Shown piece after piece: positions 57,301-64,000 of a stretch of DNA of 64,000 nucleotides (its first letter is position 1; every line of letters starts with the position of its first letter). The position numbers and the translations under genes were made by a program. The DNA is taken from NCBI GenBank assembly GCA_050633305.1, contig JBOEGF010000004.1, positions 287,929 through 351,928 on the forward strand, in the 5' to 3' direction. The notes beneath the pieces were generated by a model, which was not told where the DNA came from, searched no databases, and saw nothing but the letters and a program-made list of their open reading frames with translations. The DNA comes from Nannocystales bacterium (lineage in GTDB: Bacteria > Myxococcota_A > Polyangia > Nannocystales > Nannocystaceae).

Positions 57301-60300
57301 ACAGCCTGCGCCGTCACCGAATCCGCGGCGGTCTCGGCCGTGACCCGGTAGCTCTTGCCCCACGCTCCGCTGTAGAAACGGACGTCCTCGGGCGGCGTGG
57401 TCGGAAGAACGTGGAGCGCACGGTAGGCGTCCTCGACCTCGCGAACGACATCGCAGTGGACGGTTGTCACGCCCTGCAGCGGGTAGAAGTCAGCATCGAG
57501 GCTGTCGATGAGGCGAGCGACGGCCGCCGAATCTCCTCCGACCACGCATGCGGTCGGAGTGTTGACGATCAACCGGTACGCCCGCTCCTCGCCACGCAGC
57601 GCAGCATCGACCGCATCCGCCTGCGCGTGCACAACACCCAGGCTCCATTGCACCTCGGCGTCTTCGGGGAGTCCCCAGCGGCGGGCGACCGCGCGGGCGG
57701 GGCCGGTGAGTTCGGTCTGAAACAACGGGCTCTCACAGACCCGCTGCAGCATTCCTTCGCGATCCTGCCAGGCCCCCAGAGAGAACAGCCCGGCCGTCTC
57801 CCCGAGCGAGTACCCAATCACCGCCTGCGGCTGAACGCCGAAGCGTCGCACGACGTCTGCAGCGAGGGTCCCGAGCGTGACCTGGGCGAGGATCAGCCCC
57901 TGCGCGTCGGCCCCCAAGGCTGGCGCGTCCGTGCCCCAGCACAGGTCCGCCTGCAACTGGCTGCGCAGATGCGCGTGTCTTTCCTCCTGGGCCTGTGCGA
58001 CCTCGGGGACCTCCAGCATCAGCTTGCGGCCCATGCCCACAAACTGACTGCCCGAACCCGGGAACACGAACGCGACATCGCCGGTGGGCCCCAGCGGCGC
58101 GTCGGTGAACATCACCCGCCCCTCCGCGCGAGGCGTCAACGGACCGCCAGCGGTCAACTCGTCCGCGAGGTCGCGGCACAATGGCGCCAGCTCGGCCGCA
58201 GTCCGTACGACGAGCGACATGGCCCGCGGCGCAGACTCCAACGCGGCCCCGTGCTCCTTGAACCATCCCCGTGCGAGGGCGTGCACGGGTCGGGACGGCG
58301 AGTCGTCGGCGACGGCCGCGAGCCGACGGAGCACCGTGGCGAGCGAAGCCCGGTCCGCGCCCGCCACCACGAACAACCCCTCGGTACGCGGAGGGGTCCA
58401 AGGGACGGCGTGCTCGGGGAACTCGCGCAGGACGGCGTGTGCCACATGGCCCATCGAGGACAGGGCTGCCACTCCTGCCGTTCGCGGGCCCTTGGCGCGG
58501 TCGTGAATCCAGCGCTGAGCTCCGGTCGGTGTTCGAAGGTCGGCGCCGAGCGAAGGCGCGTCGAGGACCTGATGATGCAGCCGCAGCGCCGTGGCGACGA
58601 CGCTGAGCAAGCCTGCGGCAGCCCCTGCATGCCCCAGCCGCGTCGCGGAGCTGAGATGCAGCATCGCCTCCGTGGCCGCCTCGGGACCACACCAGCGACT
58701 GCCCTGCGCCCCCGCGTGGTCGAGCACATGGAGTTCCTCCGCGCCGGCCTCCGACTGAGCTCGCGCAAGGCTGCTCGCCGTTGCCGTGGAGGTCGGCTCT
58801 GCGCGCAAGGCTCCGCCGGAGCTCGCAGCTCCGAGCCCGTCCAGCGTCGCGTAGATCCGCTCCCCGCCCGCAAGCGCATCCTCGAGGCGCATGAGCGCCA
58901 CGGCTGCCGCGCCCTCGCTGGCCGGCCCACCTTCACCGGCGGCACCCGAGCCCAACCACGCCCGGGCATCGGCTCCGAGCCCGACCGCGCCCACGAGCGC
59001 AAGATCGAGTTCGCCAGACTGAAGGCTACGTGCAGCGACCTGCAACGCGGAGAGGCCCGAGCTTTCCTCGCTGCACAACGCGTAGCTGGGTCCGCCAAAG
59101 CCGAGTTCTCGGGCGACCCGGCTGGCTCCGACGCTGGCCAGACCTCCCATCGTCCGGTTGGGCGAGAGCGAAGGTCCGAGGGCGCCGCAGAGCCCGTCGA
59201 CCCAGGCTTCGAAGGCAGGACCCGAGTCTGCGCGACCCAGTGCTCGTGCCCATTGGGGCGCCCGAGCCCGAACGACCCATCGCAGATGGTAGTCCGTCGT
59301 CCCGAAATCGAGTTCGACGCCCGCGAACACGCCGCAGCGCGCCCCCTCGGGGCCTGCATTCTCGATCCGCCGGTCGGCGACGGCAGCAGTCGCAGCATCC
59401 AGCAACAGCAGTTGCTGCGGCAGGAGTTCGGCGAGCTCCGCCGGCGGGATCCTGAACTGTCCGACGGGGACATCCAGCGCGTCCACAAACCATCCCGGTG
59501 GTGCGTCCGGGATGTCGCCAAACCGCTCCTTCTGCGCCTGTGGTGCCGGACTCTCGTCATCGAACAGGCGCTCCCGCACTGCATCCAAAGACGTCCAGGG
59601 CCCCACATGAGCGCCAAGTCCGACGATCGCCACGGGGACACGCGGCGCTGCGGCGACGAAGACCTGCGTCTTCTCGTCGGGGACGGCGTCGGGGTGCTCG
59701 AGCAAGACGTGCGCGTTCGTGCCCCCAAAGCCGAACCCGGACACGGCCGCGCGGCGAGGCCGGCCGGTCTGCGGCCACGCCGTGGACGCTTCGGGGAGAA
59801 CGAGGCCAGAGCCGTCGAGTGCGAGACGGTCGCTGGGCGTGCGTAGGTTCGCGATCGGCGGGATTTGGCCACGTGACAGCGCCCAGACGGCCCGGATCGT
59901 GGCCACGGCCCCCGCCGCCGTGAGCAGGTGCCCAACGTTCGCCTTGGAGGCGCCCAAGTGCGTCGGCGAGGCATGCTCGGTTCCCTCGGCTCGGAGTGTT
60001 CGAAGACTCTCAAACTCGACCGCATCGCCGACTTGGGTCCCGGTCGCGTGGCACTCGACCAACTCCACATCGCCTGGGCTCCACTTCGCCGCGCGATACG
60101 CCGCGTGCATCGCCCGAAGCTGGCCCTCGGAGGACGGCGCCAGCAATCGACCGTCGACATCGTTGGACAGCCCGACGCCGCGGACCAGCGCATGCACAGT
60201 GTGCCCGTGCGCGATCGCATCGTCGAGACGCTCCAGCGCCAAGACGGCGGCCCCCTCCCCCACGACCAAGCCATTGCCAGCCGCATCGAATGGAGAGCAA

Positions 60301-61013
60301 CGTCCCGTCGGACTCAACGCACCCAATTGGGAGAACCCCATCTGGGTGTACAGCGTGCTCGGCCGTGACACGCCCCCGGTCAGCACCAGGTCAGCCTCTC
60401 GACGCACGAGCTTGTCGACCGCGATCTGGATCGCGAACAGGGAGGAGGCACAGGCCGCATCCAGCGTGAATGCGTCGCCGCCCAGTCCGAGCGTCCGGGC
60501 CAAGATGCCCGCCGGGAGCCCCGCGACCCACCGGTTCCACATCGAGGGCGCGGGCTCGGAGGACGGCGGCAAGCCGAGTCTGGCCTCGAGGGTTCGCCCC
60601 ACAACCCATTGCGACAGCGCGTTGGCCCCGTCGGTGGGCAGGATGATGTTCCCCAACACCACCGCCGTTCGGCTGCGATCGACCTCTCTCAGCCCGTCCC
60701 ACGCCTGCGAGGCAGCCGCGAGCAACACCTGAACCGACGGGTCGAGGGCCCGGCGTTCGTGCGGCAACAGGTCAAAGCCGGGCAAAGGCCGCTGCCACGC
60801 CGAGGGGTCGAGGAGGCCCGCCCGAGCGGAGCGCACCCGGTCCGGCGCGATCTCGTGGGCACAGACGGCCTGGGCTGGCGGCAAGACCCAGCGGTCCGCG
60901 GGGACCTCGCGTGCGGCATCACGACCCGCGTCCACCAGCGCCCCGAATGCATCCACGCTGGACGCACCCGGGAGCACGGCTCCCATCGATACAATCGCGA
61001 CCGGGCTCGACAT
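54348..61013 (-). CDS. pfa3: PUFA synthase subunit KS-CLF-AT-FabA-like DH/pseudo-DH domains (Pfa3/PfaBC-like)
   Basis: KS: DAACASS, ECHATGT, KANVGH. CLF lacks the catalytic Cys context (CSEESSG). AT: GYSLG. DH motifs: WFITCHFVDDPVMPGTL and WFFEAHFHEDPVWPGSLG. Confidence 0.9.
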   Translation of the reverse strand: MSSPVAIVSMGAVLPGASSVDAFGALVDAGRDAAREVPADRWVLPPAQAVCAHEIAPDRVRSARAGLLDPSAWQRPLPGFDLLPHERRALDPSVQVLLAAASQAWDGLREVDRSRTAVVLGNIILPTDGANALSQWVVGRTLEARLGLPPSSEPAPSMWNRWVAGLPAGILARTLGLGGDAFTLDAACASSLFAIQIAVDKLVRREADLVLTGGVSRPSTLYTQMGFSQLGALSPTGRCSPFDAAGNGLVVGEGAAVLALERLDDAIAHGHTVHALVRGVGLSNDVDGRLLAPSSEGQLRAMHAAYRAAKWSPGDVELVECHATGTQVGDAVEFESLRTLRAEGTEHASPTHLGASKANVGHLLTAAGAVATIRAVWALSRGQIPPIANLRTPSDRLALDGSGLVLPEASTAWPQTGRPRRAAVSGFGFGGTNAHVLLEHPDAVPDEKTQVFVAAAPRVPVAIVGLGAHVGPWTSLDAVRERLFDDESPAPQAQKERFGDIPDAPPGWFVDALDVPVGQFRIPPAELAELLPQQLLLLDAATAAVADRRIENAGPEGARCGVFAGVELDFGTTDYHLRWVVRARAPQWARALGRADSGPAFEAWVDGLCGALGPSLSPNRTMGGLASVGASRVARELGFGGPSYALCSEESSGLSALQVAARSLQSGELDLALVGAVGLGADARAWLGSGAAGEGGPASEGAAAVALMRLEDALAGGERIYATLDGLGAASSGGALRAEPTSTATASSLARAQSEAGAEELHVLDHAGAQGSRWCGPEAATEAMLHLSSATRLGHAGAAAGLLSVVATALRLHHQVLDAPSLGADLRTPTGAQRWIHDRAKGPRTAGVAALSSMGHVAHAVLREFPEHAVPWTPPRTEGLFVVAGADRASLATVLRRLAAVADDSPSRPVHALARGWFKEHGAALESAPRAMSLVVRTAAELAPLCRDLADELTAGGPLTPRAEGRVMFTDAPLGPTGDVAFVFPGSGSQFVGMGRKLMLEVPEVAQAQEERHAHLRSQLQADLCWGTDAPALGADAQGLILAQVTLGTLAADVVRRFGVQPQAVIGYSLGETAGLFSLGAWQDREGMLQRVCESPLFQTELTGPARAVARRWGLPEDAEVQWSLGVVHAQADAVDAALRGEERAYRLIVNTPTACVVGGDSAAVARLIDSLDADFYPLQGVTTVHCDVVREVEDAYRALHVLPTTPPEDVRFYSGAWGKSYRVTAETAADSVTAQAVDGLDYPAVIRQAWEDGVRLFVELGPGASCTRMIDAILRSAGDRPFFARSVSSPTSQGRSAIVRLLGWLATHRVPLDLAPLYTTDPFVRPAMSLEAPAGAAVHLEVGRGPLGVLPVGVEPEAPPRPTRAVISAPPPALSVSPSSAMSAARTVPGSASPAWLAPLSATADAHAAFLASQSAFMEAATAMLAARQAGHAIAVVPAASPQTWAEPTPPRALDREACLRFARGKIGDVLGPSFAAADAHPTRVRLPDEPLMLVDRILDIEGEPHSMSHGRVITEHDVRPGLWYLDADRIPTCVAVEAGQADLFLSAFLGVDAQTQGEAVYRLLDATVTFHGRLPAVGSTIHYDIRIDSFFRQGETWLFRFGFDATVDGEPLMTMRDGCAGFFSEAALAAGKGVVDGGLLAQRPRSTVAERPTFAPLTTRTLDAAQLDALRSGDLQTAFGSAFAALPVSQPRTLPGAPMNLVHRITQLDPDGGEFGLGVVEGQADIHPDDWFITCHFVDDPVMPGTLMYECCLHTLRVFLLSIGWVADAHASFEPRAGVRSRLKCRGQVLGHTQVVTYKITMRQFGADPEPWVICDATMFADGKRIVDIEDMSCQLRGATVDDLRRTWGQSAEPGLAPARVYDKSSLEAYAYGKPSDAFGAPYLVFDGPDRNIARLPGAPFQFMDRVPEVSGTPFVCEAGPRCVAEVDRATWAWTLEANGQQDMAFAVLLEIGLQACGWLAAYAGSALTADVDLKFRNLGGTATLHRPIASDDDVLVMRSTMTSVSQSGGMVIQHFDFGVYSQAGDTIYEGTTYFGFFTVGALAEQKGLREVLPHVLSESERARSRPPMRVPDSPPMPSSKWRMIDRVDLWVDDAGKHGQGFVEGSIDVDPSFWFFEAHFHEDPVWPGSLGLEAFLQLLKVYAIDRFDLSADAAFSTMPVGHEHAWEYRGQVVPSASTVTVQVHIVSVDAGRQVVEAEGILVVDGRPIYAMQRFALEAR

Positions 61014-61018
61014 GACGC

Positions 61019-64000
61019 CTACTCCACGCGGTTGCGGCTGAAGGCTTGCGCCAGTGCTGGGTCGAGCGTGAACTCGGCCCCGGTCAGGCGAGCCAGGACC
61101 GTCCCCTTGTCGTCGTACCAGTCCAGCTCCGCCACCACGCGGGCGCCGGATTGTTCCGCGATCCGAACACCGAGCTTCGTGCCTTCGGAGGGGAACGGCC
61201 GAAACTGCCGGTACGCGCCCAGCTTGTTGGGCAGCGAGGGGCTGCCCGCTTGGGTCCCGCTCCAGACGATGACGGCTTGCAAGCCGCAGTCAATCGCGAG
61301 CGGCTCGGTGATCCAACGCCCGCGGACGGGTGACTGCATCCACTCTTTGGGACGGGGAGCGCCCCGGACCGTCGCGTTGATCCCCGGCGCGGCGAGACCA
61401 TCAATGCTCGTGATCCCCTGAAACGCGGCGCCGTGGAACAGCCGGGTTGCGTACACCCGGTCGACTGACTCGCCATAGGATGGGAGGTCCCCTCGCGACG
61501 CCTCGTCGAGCCCATCAGCCTCGGGCACAGCGGGCCCCAAGACCACGGTCGTGCGAGCGTGTACCACGGCGTGGCCATTGCCCCCGCCCGAGCACAAAGT
61601 CATTGGCACATGGAACTGCTCCGCGTTCTTGTGCACCGCAGACGCTTCGATGCGTAGGGCCACCGTCTCTGCGCGGCCGAGTTTGACGCCGCGATAGACC
61701 TCGAGGTTTTCCAGCCCCACGAAGCGCAGCCCCGGATGCTGGGCCGTGGCGGCGTGGGCAAACCACTCCATCATCATCGCAGCGGGGAGGACCGCCTTTC
61801 CTCCGATGGCGTGACTCGCCAAGAAAGGATGGTCTTCGAGCCCGACCGTGCGGGAGAAGATGGTGTCCCCCCGACCCAGCACAGCGGCACGGCTTGGCGC
61901 GTCCGAGGTCACGGAGTCAGGCAGCTCGGAGCCCCCACCGAGGACCACGACCTCGGTGGCGCCATCGGTCGCAAGCAGGTCCAGCAGCGTCTGGGAACCC
62001 GCTTGCATCCCAATCGTCTCCACGCCTTCGGCGGCGAACATCTTGACCAGCGCGGGCGTCACCATTCCGCCCTGCCAGGGCCCCCACCCAACCGCTCGAA
62101 CGCGGGCGCGAGGATGTTCCGCCGCGAAGCCCTGGGCGAGTTTGTTGAGGACCTCGTTGGCCATCGCGTAGTCCGCTTGCCCAACCCTGCCAAAGCGAGC
62201 GGTGGAGCTGCTGAACATCACCAGTCCTCGCACCGCGTCCGCATCGAGGGCCGCCAGCAGGTGTTGCGCCGCCAGAACCTTCGTGTCGTAGACCTTTTCC
62301 AAGTCTGCGTCGGTCTTGTCGACGATGGCTTTGTCCGCGAGCACGCCCGCGCCGTGCACGAGCATCCGGACGGGGCCCAGCTCCGAGGCCACAGCCTTGA
62401 CCAGTGCTTCAACCGCCCCTGCATCCCGAACGTCGCACGCTCGGTACTCCGCCCGCGCGCCACTGGCCGTGATCGCGGCCAGCGTCGCCCGGATCTCCGC
62501 TGCGCCGCACGCAGCTCGGACAGCATCGCGCAGTGCGGCCGGACTCGACGGAGCCTGCGGACCTGACAGAATCGCGGTCCGCACCTCGGACTCGGAGACG
62601 GCTCCCCGGAGATGGGCAGGAGCGTCCGCGGGCGCCGGCGACCGTCCGACCAACACCAGCGTGCATGCGACCTGCTCCGCCAACGCCTGGGCAACCTGAG
62701 CCGTGACCCCTCGGGCGCCTCCGGTGACCAAGACGACGTCCCCAGCCTCGATGACCGCGTCTGGAGAGGGCACAGCGGCAGGCAAAGGCTGCAAGCCGAG
62801 GGTCTGAACGCGGTCGACCACAACGCCCAGTTCGACCGACGACGAGCCGACTCCGGGCAGTGCGGCGGTGAGACCACCGAGCTCTGCCAGGTCGATCGCG
62901 TGCACGCAGCAGTCCGACCATTCGCGTGCCGCGGTCTTTGCGAGTCCGACCAGCGCACCATGCAGTGGCGTCTGCGTCCCACCGATGCCGAACTGCCCGC
63001 CCATGCGGGTCACGAACAGAAGCAGCGCGGCGTCGGGTCCGTCTCCTTGTAGCTGCGGACGAGCCGAACGCACCTGTGCGAAGGCCTTCTTGATCCAGCC
63101 GTGGTCGGCCGCCACCGGAGCCACAACGACCAGGCCCGCCGACTGTGCGGGCAGCGGTTCGCCCCACGGAAGCGCTTTGGCCGTCTTCCCAGCGGCGCTC
63201 AAGCTCGAGGCCACGGCTGCGGCGTCCTCGCCGGTGACCCACACCGTGCCCGCCCGGAGTGAGCGACGTGGGCCTGTGGGCACGTCGGATCCCGCGGTGA
63301 CCGCATAGCGGTCGAGCGCGCGCGCAGACGAAACCGACTTCGCCGCCCCGGATCCCCCGGCGCTCGGTGAGCTTGCCACGCTCCCGCCCAACGCTTGCAC
63401 GACGTCGGCCAGGGTCTGAAGGTTGCCGAGTTGCTCCGGGCCGATGACGGGAAGCTGGGGACGCTGATCCTGGAGCGCGGAGAGGATCTCGACCCGCTTG
63501 ATCGAATCGATGCCCAGGTCGGCATCGAGCCCCATCGTGGGCTCCAGCATCTCCACCGGATAGCCTGTCTTCTCCGAAACGACCGACAGCAGCAGCGCGA
63601 GGATGTCCCCGGTGGCGTCCGGTGTCGCCGCAGGCATCGTCCCTGCCTCGGTGCCGCCAAGATGTGCGATGACATCGGCCAGGGTTTGCAAGGCGCCGAG
63701 TTGCTCGGGCCCGATCACCGGAAGGTCGGGACGCTTTTCCTGAAGCGCGGAGAGGATTTCGACCCGCTTGATCGAATCGATGCCCAAGTCGGCGTCGAGG
63801 CCCATCGTAGGCTCGAGCATCTCCACCGGGTACCCCGTCTTCTCCGACACCACGGCCAAAACCGCCTCCGACACGCCCTCTACCGCCACGGCCTCGACCC
63901 GGCGACTCGTGCCCCCGAGGTGCTCGACCACGTCACCCAGCGTCTGCAGGGCGCCGAGTTGCTCGGGTCCGATGACCGCAAGGTCGGGACGCTTTTCCTG
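61019..64000 (-). CDS. pfa2: PUFA synthase subunit, C-terminal part: tandem ACPs-KR-DH (Pfa2/PfaA-like), 5'-partial
   Basis: Two complete ACPs and a partial third (EKTGYPVEMLEPTMGLDADLGIDSIKRVEIL). KR: TGGARGV, YAMAN. DH: HPFLASHAIGGKAVLP. Frame stays open to the window edge. Confidence 0.92.
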   Translation of the reverse strand, partial: QEKRPDLAVIGPEQLGALQTLGDVVEHLGGTSRRVEAVAVEGVSEAVLAVVSEKTGYPVEMLEPTMGLDADLGIDSIKRVEILSALQEKRPDLPVIGPEQLGALQTLADVIAHLGGTEAGTMPAATPDATGDILALLLSVVSEKTGYPVEMLEPTMGLDADLGIDSIKRVEILSALQDQRPQLPVIGPEQLGNLQTLADVVQALGGSVASSPSAGGSGAAKSVSSARALDRYAVTAGSDVPTGPRRSLRAGTVWVTGEDAAAVASSLSAAGKTAKALPWGEPLPAQSAGLVVVAPVAADHGWIKKAFAQVRSARPQLQGDGPDAALLLFVTRMGGQFGIGGTQTPLHGALVGLAKTAAREWSDCCVHAIDLAELGGLTAALPGVGSSSVELGVVVDRVQTLGLQPLPAAVPSPDAVIEAGDVVLVTGGARGVTAQVAQALAEQVACTLVLVGRSPAPADAPAHLRGAVSESEVRTAILSGPQAPSSPAALRDAVRAACGAAEIRATLAAITASGARAEYRACDVRDAGAVEALVKAVASELGPVRMLVHGAGVLADKAIVDKTDADLEKVYDTKVLAAQHLLAALDADAVRGLVMFSSSTARFGRVGQADYAMANEVLNKLAQGFAAEHPRARVRAVGWGPWQGGMVTPALVKMFAAEGVETIGMQAGSQTLLDLLATDGATEVVVLGGGSELPDSVTSDAPSRAAVLGRGDTIFSRTVGLEDHPFLASHAIGGKAVLPAAMMMEWFAHAATAQHPGLRFVGLENLEVYRGVKLGRAETVALRIEASAVHKNAEQFHVPMTLCSGGGNGHAVVHARTTVVLGPAVPEADGLDEASRGDLPSYGESVDRVYATRLFHGAAFQGITSIDGLAAPGINATVRGAPRPKEWMQSPVRGRWITEPLAIDCGLQAVIVWSGTQAGSPSLPNKLGAYRQFRPFPSEGTKLGVRIAEQSGARVVAELDWYDDKGTVLARLTGAEFTLDPALAQAFSRNRVE
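63400..64000. repeat. Near-identical tandem ACP-coding repeats (period about 260-270 bp)
   Basis: AGAGGAT(C/T)TCGACCCGCTTGATCGAATCGATGCCC at 63481 and 63751; GGTCGGGACGCTTTTCCTG ends at 63742 and again at 64000. Confidence 0.85.

Noticed and set aside
56010..59846. 1278-aa + strand ORF and similar long opposite-strand ORFs (25260..27296, 30068..32017, 40632..43169)
   Set aside because: They overlap motif-rich PKS or kinase genes and have no recognisable motifs; GC-bias artefacts.
63400..64000. Direct repeats as a CRISPR array or mobile element
   Set aside because: In-frame tandem ACP domains of a PUFA synthase; no spacer structure, cas or transposase genes.

Overview
High-GC, gene-dense bacterial DNA. 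Gene content points to a myxobacterium, probably Nannocystaceae-like (inference from Cys-rich lipoproteins with Ser/Thr/Gly linkers, TPR-bearing Ser/Thr kinases paired with ECF sigma factors, VWA lipoproteins and a DUF1501/c-type heme pair). Two minus-strand lipid/polyketide megasynthase operons dominate the window. (1) About 15.0-39.5 kb is a tightly coupled cluster with no product I can assign, and is the best candidate for an undescribed system. It has two PUFA-synthase-like iterative PKSs (tandem FMN barrels/ER-KS-AT-ACP-KR-DH and KS-AT-DH-PPTase), a free ACP, two alkaline-phosphatase-superfamily enzymes, two alpha/beta-hydrolases, a beta-propeller protein, a sulfotransferase, a small helical protein and an apparently inactive M50-like/HlyD fusion. 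A degenerate-GGDEF/patatin fusion gene precedes it. (2) From 49.7 kb to the right edge, a Pfa-type PUFA synthase (multi-ACP-KR-DH; KS-CLF-AT-DHs with no visible AGPAT domain) is translationally coupled to oleABCD, suggesting a dedicated polyunsaturated-hydrocarbon pathway. The rest comprises two STK/ECF modules, a >=890-aa unknown ORF missing from the ORF track at the left edge, several lipoproteins and a truncated globin. I saw no rRNA, tRNA, CRISPR array or mobile element. All domain calls come from motif reading by eye, not database searches.
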